From: Gemmatimonadetes bacterium 13_1_20CM_4_69_16
GTDB taxonomy: Bacteria; Gemmatimonadota; Gemmatimonadetes; Gemmatimonadales; GWC2-71-9
Reading direction: 5' to 3'
Assembly (NCBI GenBank): GCA_001919865.1
Contig: MNIR01000051.1
Coordinates: forward strand, 11,933 to 75,932
DNA: 64,000 nucleotides
The position numbers and the translations under genes are program-made. Position 1 is the first letter of the stretch. Each line of letters begins with the position of its first letter. The notes beneath the pieces were generated by a model. That model saw nothing but the letters and a program-made list of their open reading frames with translations, was not told the origin of the DNA and made no database searches. Shown here piece by piece: positions 47,114-56,106 of the stretch.

Positions 47114-47979
47114 GCGGAGCGCCCCCCCCGCCCCGCCCGCCCCCCCCCGCCCCAGAGCTTCGGGCCGAAGGCCCCGACGCGACCCGGGCGCTCGAGTTCG
47201 CGCGGCGTTTCGCCTCCCATCACGGCATCGACGCTCGCCTCCACTTCTGCCTGCACCGGACCATCCCGGCGCATGCGGGTCTGGGTTCGGGTACCCAGCT
47301 CGCCCTCGCGGTGGCGGGCGCCATGGCCGAGCTGTACGGGCTGCCCCAGGAAGTGACGGCGCTGGCCCGGGCCGTGGACCGGGGACGACGCTCGGCGGTG
47401 GGCACCTGGACGTTCGCGTTGGGCGGGTTCGTGCTCGAGGGCGGCCGGAGGACGAGCGACGACGGGCCCGCGCCCCTGCTCACTCGCCTGCCGATCCCGG
47501 CGGCCTGGCGCTGTGTGGTAGTCGTCCCCGACGGGAAGTCCGGGCTCTCCGGAGACGAGGAGGCGGCCGCGTTCGCGCGCCTGCCGCCACCCGACCGCCG
47601 CGAGGTCGAGCGGGTCGCGCACCTCGTGTTGATGCAACTACTCCCGGCCGTCGCCGTAGCCGACCTCACAGCCTTCGGGGCGGCGCTGACCGAGGTGCAG
47701 CGCATCACCGGCGGGTGGTTCGCGCCGGCTCAGGGCGGCGTGTTCGCGCCGGGCGAAACGGGGGGCCTGGTCGAGCGACTGCGAGAGGGAGGGGCGATGG
47801 GAGTGGGGCAGAGCTCCTGGGGTCCGGCCGTGTACGGGATTGTGGCAGGCGCGGCCGCCGCGCACGCGCTCGCCGAGCGGGTGCGGGGGACGCTCGGGCC
47901 TGGCGGCGCCGTGTATGAGGGCCCCTTCAGCGCCCGCGGGGCGCGGGTGTGGCGCGGTGAAACCCTCGTTTCAGCCTGA
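47110..47979 (+). CDS. mptG: Beta-ribofuranosylaminobenzene 5'-phosphate synthase, N-terminally short
   Basis: ATGA overlap. GHMP-kinase-type motif IPAHAGLGSGTQLALAVA plus GVGQSSWGPAVYG. The first 17 codons are Pro-rich and encoded by C8 and C9 homopolymers. Confidence 0.75.
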   Translation: MSGAPPPPRPPPPAPELRAEGPDATRALEFARRFASHHGIDARLHFCLHRTIPAHAGLGSGTQLALAVAGAMAELYGLPQEVTALARAVDRGRRSAVGTWTFALGGFVLEGGRRTSDDGPAPLLTRLPIPAAWRCVVVVPDGKSGLSGDEEAAAFARLPPPDRREVERVAHLVLMQLLPAVAVADLTAFGAALTEVQRITGGWFAPAQGGVFAPGETGGLVERLREGGAMGVGQSSWGPAVYGIVAGAAAAHALAERVRGTLGPGGAVYEGPFSARGARVWRGETLVSA

Positions 47980-48002
47980 AAACTCAGGTCTTTCGAGGCT
48001 GA

Positions 48003-48040
48003 TTGACAGCCCCTGGACACGGGGATATAACCAATATCCC
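48003..48040 (+). promoter_or_regulatory. Sigma-70-type promoter of xoxF with an overlapping 7-bp inverted repeat
   Basis: TTGACA (48003-48008), 17 nt, TATAAC (48026-48031). Perfect inverted repeat GGGATAT-AACCA-ATATCCC at 48022-48040 spans the -10 box. Confidence 0.6.
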
Positions 48041-48193
48041 TGCCGGCATTCCTTGGTTGGAGGAGTCGGACGATGGCTGTGGCCTGTCGGGAACGCGGGC
48101 CCCCGGACGTTGCCCCCCGAGGCTTACGAGCGCTGACAGGCAAGTAGCGTGGACGGTTTTCTCACCACCCTCATCCTCAACATGAGGTCAGCT

Positions 48194-49957
48194 ATGAACC
48201 GCTTCAAACTGCTGTCCGGCGGAATCGCGACGAGCATGATGGTGCTCGCGGCGTCCGCCGTCGCCCAGGGTCCGGGCGAGTGGACGATGACAGGCCGGAC
48301 GTACGACCTGCAGCGGTACAGCCCACTCACTCAGATCAACAAGGCGAACGTAAAGAGCCTCAAGGCCGCATGGACGTTCTCGACCGGCGTCCTCAACGGT
48401 CATGAGGGCAACCCGCTGGTGATCAACAACGTGCTGTACGTGCACAGCGCCTTCCCGAACATCGTGTTCGCCCTCGACCTGACGAAGCCGGGCGCGCCGA
48501 TGATCTGGAAGCACGTGCCGAACCAGCCGCCCGAGGCGAAGCCGATCGCGTGTTGCGACCTGGTCAACCGCGGCCTCGCCTACCATCCGAGCGGCAAGCT
48601 GTTCATCGAGCTGCTGGCTGGCGACCTGCTGGCGCTGGATGCGAAGTCGGGCAAGCAGATCTGGCGCGTCCCGAACGCCGACTACAAGACCGGCTCGACG
48701 ATGACCAACGCGCCCATCGTGATCAAGGATGTCGTGATCGCGGGGATTTCGGGCGGTGAGTTCGGCGTGCGTGGCCGCGTGACGGCGTACGACGTGAACA
48801 CCGGCAAGGAGCTGTGGCGGGCGTATTCGACCGGCCCCGATGCCGACGTGAAGATCGTGGGCGAGCCCAACTCCAACTACGCGTCGATGAAGGGGAAGGA
48901 CCTGGGTGTGTCGACGTGGCAGGGGGACGAGTGGCAGCACGGCGGCGGGACGACGTGGGGCTGGTACTCCTACGATCCGACGCTGAACCTGCTCTACTAC
49001 AGCTCGGGCAACCCGGGCACCTGGAACCCCGATCAGCGGCCCGGTGACAACAAGTGGTCGATGACCATCTTCGCGCGCAACCCGGACAACGGGGAGGCGA
49101 AGTGGGTGTACCAGATGACGCCGCACGACGAGTGGGATTATGACGGCGTCAACGAGAACGTCCTGGCCGACCTGACGATCGGCGGGAAGCCGGTGAAGGC
49201 GCTGGTGCATTTCGACCGCAACGGCTTCGGTTACACGCTCGATCGGACCACCGGCAAGGTGCTGGTGGCCGAGCCGTTCGGGCCGGTCAATTGGGCCTCG
49301 AAGATCGATCTGACGACGGGCGTCCCGGTTCGGAACGCACAGTTCGGGACCACCTCGAAGAAGAACACCGAGGGTATCTGTCCGGCCGCCATCGGCTTCA
49401 AGGATCAGCAGCCTTCCGCATTCTCTCCGCAGACCAAGCTCTTCTACGTCCCGACGAACAACATCTGCATGGATTACGAGGGCGTAGAGGTGAAGTACTC
49501 GGCCGGTCAGCCCTACGTCGGCGCGATCGTGCGGATGTTCCCTGGCCCGGGCGGCAACCGTGGCGCCTTCATCGCCTGGGATCCGACCATCGGGAAGATC
49601 AAGTGGTCGATCAAGGAGAACCTCGCGGCGTACGGCGGTGCCTTGGCCACGGCCTCAGGCATCGTCTTCTACGGCACGATGGAAGGTTGGCTCAAGGCAG
49701 TGGATGCCACGACCGGGACCGAGCTGTGGCGGTTCAAGTGCCCGTCGGGCATCATCGGCAATCCGATGACCTATCTCGGGCCGGACGGCAAGCAGTACGT
49801 CGCCGTGCTCTCGGGCATCGGCGGCTGGGCCGGGGCCGGCGTGGCCCTCGGCATCAGCCCGGAGGACCCGACCGCGGCACTCGGCGCGATCGGCGCGTTC
49901 TCCGACTACACCAGCATGAGCAACGCCGGCGGCACGCTGCTGGTGTTCGGGCTCTAG
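48194..49957 (+). CDS. xoxF: PQQ-dependent methanol dehydrogenase, XoxF (lanthanide) type
   Basis: Signal peptide MNRFKLLSGGIATSMMVLAASAVAQG. Vicinal Cys pair IACCDLVNRG. Active-site WDYDG carries the extra Asp characteristic of XoxF, where MxaF has Ala. GAGG RBS before ATG 48194 (alternative ATG 48182). Confidence 0.88.
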   Translation: MNRFKLLSGGIATSMMVLAASAVAQGPGEWTMTGRTYDLQRYSPLTQINKANVKSLKAAWTFSTGVLNGHEGNPLVINNVLYVHSAFPNIVFALDLTKPGAPMIWKHVPNQPPEAKPIACCDLVNRGLAYHPSGKLFIELLAGDLLALDAKSGKQIWRVPNADYKTGSTMTNAPIVIKDVVIAGISGGEFGVRGRVTAYDVNTGKELWRAYSTGPDADVKIVGEPNSNYASMKGKDLGVSTWQGDEWQHGGGTTWGWYSYDPTLNLLYYSSGNPGTWNPDQRPGDNKWSMTIFARNPDNGEAKWVYQMTPHDEWDYDGVNENVLADLTIGGKPVKALVHFDRNGFGYTLDRTTGKVLVAEPFGPVNWASKIDLTTGVPVRNAQFGTTSKKNTEGICPAAIGFKDQQPSAFSPQTKLFYVPTNNICMDYEGVEVKYSAGQPYVGAIVRMFPGPGGNRGAFIAWDPTIGKIKWSIKENLAAYGGALATASGIVFYGTMEGWLKAVDATTGTELWRFKCPSGIIGNPMTYLGPDGKQYVAVLSGIGGWAGAGVALGISPEDPTAALGAIGAFSDYTSMSNAGGTLLVFGL

Positions 49958-50005
49958 CAAGGCAGTGCAGGCGTAACAGTAGTCGCAGCATGCAGAACCG
50001 TAAGG

Positions 50006-50043
50006 CACCCGGTGCTGGAGCGAACGCGCTCCGGCACCGGGTG
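50006..50043 (+). other. Strong intercistronic hairpin between xoxF and the xoxJ-cytochrome gene
   Basis: 17-bp stem CACCCGGTGCTGGAGCG / CGCTCCGGCACCGGGTG with one G-U pair and an AACG loop. No U-tract follows. Confidence 0.6.
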
Positions 50044-50097
50044 TAGCATCTTCACGACACTGAAGCCCTCCGTCCGCCGAAACCAGCAAGGAGCACG

Positions 50098-51321
50098 ATG
50101 ATTCCTCCTCGGGCCCAACTCGCGGCTGCCCTGTTCCTCGGAGCCGGGGCCGTCGCGCTCACGGCGAGCGCGCCACGGGCGCCCACCGAGCTCAGAGTTT
50201 GCGCCGACCCCTTCGACCTGCCGTTTTCGAACGATCAAGAAGAGGGCTTCGAGAACAAGATCGCGCACCTCGTCGCGCGCGACCTGAACGCGAGGGTGAT
50301 CAACTACTGGTGGCCCAGCCGGCGCGGTGTCCTGCGGAACTCGATCCTCGGCGGATTTTGCGACGTGATGATCCAGGCGCCGGTCGGCCTCGACCCGGTC
50401 GCCACGACGCAGCCCTACTACCGCTCCACCTATTACTTCGTGTACCGCCCCGACCGCGGCCTCCGGATTCGCTCGCTCGACGACACGATCTTGAAGCACT
50501 TGAAGATCGGGGTGAACATCATCGGCTACGACTACACCAACACGCCGCCGGCCCACGCGCTCGGCGCGCGCGGCATCATCGGCCTGGTCGGCTTCGGCAA
50601 CTTTCTCAACCCCGACCCCAAGGCCGACCACCCCGACGACATCATCAATGCCGTCGCGAAAGACTCCATCGACGTGGCGATCGTGTGGGGACCGCTGGCG
50701 GGCTACTGGGTCAAGCGCGCGGCCGTGCCGCTCACCATGGTCGCGCTGCCCGACTCGGACGCGGTCTCGAGCATGCCGTTCGCGTTCAGCATGGCGATGG
50801 CCGTGCGACATCGCGACAAGGAGCTCAAGGCACAGCTCGATTCGGTGATCGAGCGCCGTCGCAGCGAGATCACCGCGATTCTGCAGGAGTACGCCGTGCC
50901 GCTGCTCGCCCTCCACGCGCCGGCGACGGGACCCTCCGAGCACGGCACGCGATCCACGCCAAGCCCGGTGATCCGCGATACGGCGCGGGACAGCCTCCTG
51001 GTATCGGACTCGATCTACCAGGGGTGGAAGTGGTTCAACGTGTACTGCTTCCGCTGTCACGGTGAGGACGCCATGCACCCCATACTCCCCAGCGCTCCCG
51101 ACCTGCGGTGGGTGTTGAGCAAGGAGGGGAAGGCGTACCCTCGCGACTCGTTCGAGTACACGGCACTGAACGGCCGCCCCGATAAGGGAATGCCGGCGTG
51201 GAAGGTGTTGCTCGACACGGCCGCTATCAAGGAGCTGTACCAGTACGTGAAAGCGCGTAGCGACGGATGGTTGAAGCCGGGACGGCCGCACCGCGAATCG
51301 GATCTCAAGAAGAGCCAGTGA
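50098..51321 (+). CDS. XoxJ/MoxJ-like periplasmic binding protein fused to a C-terminal class I cytochrome c domain
   Basis: AAGGAG RBS. Residues about 30-270 are MoxJ-like (ELRVCADPFDLPFSN...YYRSTYYFVYR...IVWGPLAGYW). Pro/Ser/Thr linker. CFRCH haem motif (nt 51046-51060) and GMPAW Met ligand in the last roughly 100 aa. Confidence 0.75.
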   Translation: MIPPRAQLAAALFLGAGAVALTASAPRAPTELRVCADPFDLPFSNDQEEGFENKIAHLVARDLNARVINYWWPSRRGVLRNSILGGFCDVMIQAPVGLDPVATTQPYYRSTYYFVYRPDRGLRIRSLDDTILKHLKIGVNIIGYDYTNTPPAHALGARGIIGLVGFGNFLNPDPKADHPDDIINAVAKDSIDVAIVWGPLAGYWVKRAAVPLTMVALPDSDAVSSMPFAFSMAMAVRHRDKELKAQLDSVIERRRSEITAILQEYAVPLLALHAPATGPSEHGTRSTPSPVIRDTARDSLLVSDSIYQGWKWFNVYCFRCHGEDAMHPILPSAPDLRWVLSKEGKAYPRDSFEYTALNGRPDKGMPAWKVLLDTAAIKELYQYVKARSDGWLKPGRPHRESDLKKSQ

Positions 51322-52061
51322 CCCGCGCGGTCGTGGGGGCGGCGCTGGCGAGCCTCGTGGCGGGAAGCACCGCCCCCGCCCCGGCCCAGCAGGCCCTCAC
51401 CCGCGACCAGGTCCTCGCCGCCCTCGCCGTTGCCACGCCCCAGGCTCCGGCCGACCTCACCGGACGCGATCTCTCGGGCCTCGATCTCAGCGGCGTCGAC
51501 TTCAAGCGGGCCAACCTGTCCCGCTGTCGCCTCGTGAAAACCGTCTTCGTCAAGGCGCAGCTCTTTTCGGCCACGCTCTCCGACGCGGTCGCCACGGAGG
51601 CGAACTTCACCGGCGCGAACCTCGATGCCTCCGTGATGTACCGCGTGGACATGCGCCGGGCGGTGCTGCGCGACGCCCGGCTGTTCGCCGTCATCGCGTA
51701 CGACGCGGACTTCTCGGATGCGGACCTCACCCACGCGCGCATCATCTCCCCCATGAACAACGCCAAGTTCGCCCGCGCGAAGCTGACCAACGCGGACTTA
51801 GGCGCGGACCCAGCGAACCAGGGGATGGGCCTCATGCGCACCGACGCGAGTGGGGTCGATTTCACCGGCGCCGACCTTTCCGGCGCCAACCTGCGGAAGG
51901 CCCTCCTCGTGCGGGCCGATCTGACGGGCGCGGACCTGACCGATGCCGACGTGACGGGCACGGACCTGACGGGCGCGATCTTACGGAACATCCGCGGGCG
52001 CGATCGCCTGCGCGGGCTCGACAAGGCGCTCCACGTCGATCAGGCCATCTTCAACGATTGA
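51318..52061 (+). CDS. Secreted pentapeptide-repeat protein
   Basis: GTGA overlap. Signal-like N-terminus, then runs of A(D/N)LxG-type pentapeptides (DLTGRDLSGLDLSGVDFKRANLSRCRL...GADLSGANLRKALLVRADLTGADLTDADVTGTDLTGA). Confidence 0.8.
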   Translation: MTRAVVGAALASLVAGSTAPAPAQQALTRDQVLAALAVATPQAPADLTGRDLSGLDLSGVDFKRANLSRCRLVKTVFVKAQLFSATLSDAVATEANFTGANLDASVMYRVDMRRAVLRDARLFAVIAYDADFSDADLTHARIISPMNNAKFARAKLTNADLGADPANQGMGLMRTDASGVDFTGADLSGANLRKALLVRADLTGADLTDADVTGTDLTGAILRNIRGRDRLRGLDKALHVDQAIFND

Positions 52062-52074
52062 CCGGAAGGCGCCG

Positions 52075-53049
52075 ATGAACGCTGCGATGCTGCGGGGACG
52101 CTACCTCGCCCTGCTCGGGCCGTTGTGCCTCGCGGCCGCCGTGCCGACCCACTCGCCTGACCCGCAGCTGTGGGTCAGCAACGAGCTGAGTAACACCCTC
52201 TCCGTCATCTCCCCCCGCAGCAACGGCGTCACGGCGACCATCCCGGTGGGCAAGCGCCCCCGCGGTCTGGCGGGGAGCCCCGATCGGCGTACCGTGTACG
52301 TGGCGCTCGGCCAGGACGACGCCGTCGGGGTGATCGACATCGCCCAGGCCAAGTTGACGAGGACGATCCCCGCCGGACGCGATCCGGAGCTGGTCGTGGT
52401 GAGCCCCGACGGCAAGACGCTGTACGTCTCGAACGAGGAGATCGCGCACGTCTCCGCCATCGATGTGGCGACCGGCCAGCTGAAGTTCTCCACGCCAGTG
52501 GGCGTCGAGCCGGAGGGGATCGCCCTCTCGCCCGATGGAGCGAAGCTGTACGTCACGGCGGAAACGAGCAACAACGTGAGCGTGCTCGACGCCAGGAACG
52601 GGCGTCTGCTGAAGACGATCCCCGTGGGCGAGAACCCCCGCACCGTGGCCGTCACACCCGACGGACGACGCGCGTACGTCACCGCCGAAGCCGGCGGCAA
52701 CGTCACCGTCATCGACCTCGCCACCGACGTGGTACTCGCGCAATTCCCAATCCGCGACGGGAAGACCAAGCCGGTGCGGATCGCCTTCGCGCCGGACGGG
52801 CGTCTCGCCTACGTGACTGAAGGAGCGGCCGGTACGGTGAGCGTCATCGACCTAGCGCTGGCCAAGGTGATCGACACGATCCCCGTCGGGAAGCGCCCCT
52901 GGGGCATCGCGCTCTCGCCCGACGCCAAACACCTCTATACCGCCGACGGGCGCTCCAACCAGGTCTCGGTGATCGACACGGAAACACAGAAAGTCGTGGC
53001 TAGCATTCCGGTGGGCGAGCGGCCCAACGATCTGCTCTACATCCCCTAG
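52075..53049 (+). CDS. YVTN-type beta-propeller protein (PQQ-dehydrogenase-cluster associated)
   Basis: Signal peptide. Repeated units of the form VxVID...xxxIPVGxxPxGIAxSPDGxxLYV occur seven to eight times. Confidence 0.8.
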   Translation: MNAAMLRGRYLALLGPLCLAAAVPTHSPDPQLWVSNELSNTLSVISPRSNGVTATIPVGKRPRGLAGSPDRRTVYVALGQDDAVGVIDIAQAKLTRTIPAGRDPELVVVSPDGKTLYVSNEEIAHVSAIDVATGQLKFSTPVGVEPEGIALSPDGAKLYVTAETSNNVSVLDARNGRLLKTIPVGENPRTVAVTPDGRRAYVTAEAGGNVTVIDLATDVVLAQFPIRDGKTKPVRIAFAPDGRLAYVTEGAAGTVSVIDLALAKVIDTIPVGKRPWGIALSPDAKHLYTADGRSNQVSVIDTETQKVVASIPVGERPNDLLYIP

Positions 53050-53079
53050 CGAAGACTTCAGATCGCTGCTTGTGGCACC

Positions 53080-53625
53080 CTAGCCGAGCGGCAGGCGCGC
53101 CAGCCACCAGCCGGGCCGCCGCGCGCGCACCCAGCCATCTACACCCCACGTCCGACCCGCGCGGGTCGCAAGGATCACGATCAGGGTGGTAATCAGCATG
53201 TAATGGAATCCCTGCTGGGACGAGCCCTGCCACTGCACCGCGAGGGCGTAGTTCAGCACCAGGAAGAGCCCGACCCCCGATGCCAGAACCGTGAGGCAGC
53301 CGAACACCAACCCCAGCCCCACCGCCGCCTCCCCCAGCGCCGTGAGCTGCGCGAAGGGCGCGCTGTGCACGATCACGGTGTTCTGCAGGAAGTCCCGAAA
53401 AAACGCCACGGGATTTCCTTCGGCGTACTTCCCGACGAGCACCGGCATCACGTGCTGCCAGCGGTCCGAAGCGCTGGGAACAGGTAAAAATCCCCAGAGC
53501 AGAGTGACGGACAGCTTTGTGAACAGGGCCTTGGCGAACCACGCGCCGACGGCGATCCGGAGCACCGCCAGCCAGCGCTCGGGGGCGCGCATCGCGGGGG
53601 GGCCAGCGACACTCACATCCATCAC
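53080..53625 (-). CDS. DoxX-family membrane protein
   Basis: Four TM helices. LRIAVGAWFAKALFTK...LGEAAVGLGLVFG is the DoxX pattern. Confidence 0.6.
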   Translation of the reverse strand: MMDVSVAGPPAMRAPERWLAVLRIAVGAWFAKALFTKLSVTLLWGFLPVPSASDRWQHVMPVLVGKYAEGNPVAFFRDFLQNTVIVHSAPFAQLTALGEAAVGLGLVFGCLTVLASGVGLFLVLNYALAVQWQGSSQQGFHYMLITTLIVILATRAGRTWGVDGWVRARRPGWWLARLPLG

Positions 53626-53692
53626 CGCGTCGACCCCCTCGCAAGCATGCGGCGTTTCCCCGTGCTCGCGCGGCGCGACCCCGCGGAAGAGC

Positions 53693-54658
53693 CTACGGAT
53701 TCGGCCAGCTGGACCAGACAGCGTTCATGGACGCCAAGTCGGTCGGGAACGGTGACTGTCGGATGCCGGCGTACACGGGGTTCATCACGGAGGCCGGCGG
53801 CGGACCAAAATGTCCGATGCCCAACGCGTGGCCGTTCTCGTGCAACGCAACTGTCTGGACGTCGACACCGGGCGGCGAAATGTTCGTGCCCCACGGGTTC
53901 CCGGCGCGGTCCCCGGTCGGGTTGCCGAAGTTGTCGTTGTAATACACTTCGCTGAACGCGGTGTCGAAGTAGTTGTCGCCGTTGATGTCGGTCGGCACGC
54001 CATGCGAAACGAATATGAACGACACCGTGAAGGCCAAAATGCCGCGCCCTCCGCCCGGGCCGCCGGCAGCTTCGAAGAAACCCCGGGGCCGCCAACCAGC
54101 TTCTACAATGTCCGCTTGGAACCGCGTGGCGGACGCTTCGTTGGGATCGCCAAAGCCCGGGAAGAAGCCGTCAAAGATGTCCGGGTCGGTAGCCGTCTCG
54201 CTCCGCTTGATGATCGTCACCTTCTTGAGTGGACTGGTGCCGTCCCACGTCGACAGGGCGGCGTCGATCGCTCCGGCCGTCTGGGCAGCCGAGAGACCGC
54301 TGGCCGTCACGCCGTGACTTGCGCGCACCAGATAGGTGATGTTGTCGCCGTCGGCGCGCCGCCGTGGGTCGTTGGGGACCGGGCGGAGACCATCCTGATG
54401 AATGCGAATGCTCGGCCTCCCCAGGCCGATCGTGAAGTAATCGATCCCTTCGATCGCGACATCTGAGCCTCGGGCCAGGAGTTCGGCGTTGATCGCTCGC
54501 ACCTTTACTAGCACAGAGTCCTCGGCGGGCCCGGTCGCCGACGCTGAGAAGCTCGGGGCGCTGGGCGCTGCGCCGGGAGAAAGCGGTGCCTGCCGTTCGC
54601 AGGCGGAGGCGATTGCCACGAGGGCGAGGGCCCATGCGGGACGCGAGATGTGCTTCAT
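53693..54658 (-). CDS. Matrixin-like zinc metalloprotease lipoprotein
   Basis: Lipobox LVAIASAC. Zinc motif HENGHALGIGH followed by a Met-turn candidate (SVMNP). Confidence 0.75.
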   Translation of the reverse strand: MKHISRPAWALALVAIASACERQAPLSPGAAPSAPSFSASATGPAEDSVLVKVRAINAELLARGSDVAIEGIDYFTIGLGRPSIRIHQDGLRPVPNDPRRRADGDNITYLVRASHGVTASGLSAAQTAGAIDAALSTWDGTSPLKKVTIIKRSETATDPDIFDGFFPGFGDPNEASATRFQADIVEAGWRPRGFFEAAGGPGGGRGILAFTVSFIFVSHGVPTDINGDNYFDTAFSEVYYNDNFGNPTGDRAGNPWGTNISPPGVDVQTVALHENGHALGIGHFGPPPASVMNPVYAGIRQSPFPTDLASMNAVWSSWPNP

Positions 54659-54746
54659 GCGAGTACCTCAGTGCCGAAGACAGTGCGAAGGGTCATCCGA
54701 TTCTGCCTCTGAGATACGCCCTGGTCGAGCGCGCGTCAACCCGCGG

Positions 54747-56084
54747 TCACTTCCCCACGCAGAAGCTCGCGAACACCCGATCCAGCACGTCGTCCGGGGT
54801 CACGGCACCGATCAGGTCGTCGAGCGCACCGACCGCGGCGTGCAGATGTGTCGCTGCCGCCGCCGCGTCCACGGCTTGAGCGCGCGCCGCGTCGAAGGCG
54901 TCGACCTCCGCGAGCGCCCGCTCGAGCGCGGCGCGGTGGCGCGCCCGGGTGATCACCGGCTCGACGTCGCCCAGCGCGAGCAGCCGGCCGAACGCCGCCT
55001 CGGCGAGCCGCGCGCGCAGGGTGTCGAGGCCCTCGCCCGTCATGACCGAAACAGCGAGGCGGTCCGAAGGTCGCGTGACGAGATCGATCTTCGTCACCAC
55101 TTCGACGACCGGCGCACGGCACGCGGTCAGGAACCGCGCCGACTCGGGATCTCCCCCCTCGCATCCCGCGTCCCGGCAAAACAGGATCAAATCCGCCGCG
55201 CCGAGGTACTGTCGAGCGACTTCGATCCCGATCTGCTCCACACGGTCGTCACTGCGGCGCAGGCCCGCCGTGTCCACCAGTCGGAACGGGAACCCGGCGA
55301 TCACCGTGTACGCCTCGATCGCATCGCGCGTCGTGCCCGGCACCTCGGTGACGATAGCCCGCTCGCGACCCAGCAGGGCGTTGAAGAGCGAGGACTTGCC
55401 GGCGTTGGGGCGGCCGGCGATCACCAGCAGCGCGCCCTCGCGCAGCCGCTCCCCCTCCGGCGCCGTCGCGAGTAGTCCGGCGAGGCGCTCCCGCACCGCA
55501 CGCCACGCCGCCGCCACGCGCGCCGGGCTCACGGGGCCTTCGTCCTCTTCGGGAAAGTCGATGTCGTAGGCGATCAGCGCCTCGAGCTCGAGCAGCTCGG
55601 CGCGCAACTGCTCCAGCCGCCCGGACAGGCCACGGTCGAGCTGGCGCAGCGCCTGGCGGTGCTGCGCCGGTGACCCGGCGTCGATCAGGTCCGCGGTCGC
55701 CTCGGCCTGGAGCAGATCGAGCTTTCCGTTGAGCACCGCCCGACGGGTGAATTCCCCCGGACGTGCGGGTCGTGCCCCCGCCGCCACGAGGGCCGCCACG
55801 GCTTCGCCAGGAACCAGCAGGCCGCCGTGCGTCGAGAGCTCGACCAAGTCTTGACCCGTGTAGGAGCGGGGCGCGGGAAAGCACGCGACGAGCACGTCGT
55901 CCACCGGCTCGCCCGTCGCGGGGTGGACGAGCCGCGCGCGCAATGCGGCTCGGGGCCGCTCGGGTCGGAACGGTCGGACGCAGCGCAGCGCGACGTCGAA
56001 CGCGCCCGCGCCCGACAACCGGATCAGCGCGACTGCGGACCGGCCCGGGGGCGTCGCCAGCGCGACGATGGGATCGCTCAGCAC
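54747..56084 (-). CDS. mnmE: tRNA modification GTPase MnmE
   Basis: DPIVALATPPGRSAVALIRLSG start. G-domain motifs GRPNAGKSSL and DTAGLR. C-terminal FCVGK. GTG start chosen at 56084. Confidence 0.9.
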   Translation of the reverse strand: MLSDPIVALATPPGRSAVALIRLSGAGAFDVALRCVRPFRPERPRAALRARLVHPATGEPVDDVLVACFPAPRSYTGQDLVELSTHGGLLVPGEAVAALVAAGARPARPGEFTRRAVLNGKLDLLQAEATADLIDAGSPAQHRQALRQLDRGLSGRLEQLRAELLELEALIAYDIDFPEEDEGPVSPARVAAAWRAVRERLAGLLATAPEGERLREGALLVIAGRPNAGKSSLFNALLGRERAIVTEVPGTTRDAIEAYTVIAGFPFRLVDTAGLRRSDDRVEQIGIEVARQYLGAADLILFCRDAGCEGGDPESARFLTACRAPVVEVVTKIDLVTRPSDRLAVSVMTGEGLDTLRARLAEAAFGRLLALGDVEPVITRARHRAALERALAEVDAFDAARAQAVDAAAAATHLHAAVGALDDLIGAVTPDDVLDRVFASFCVGK

Positions 56085-56106
56085 CCTTCCCCCCTTGCCT
56101 TCTCGC

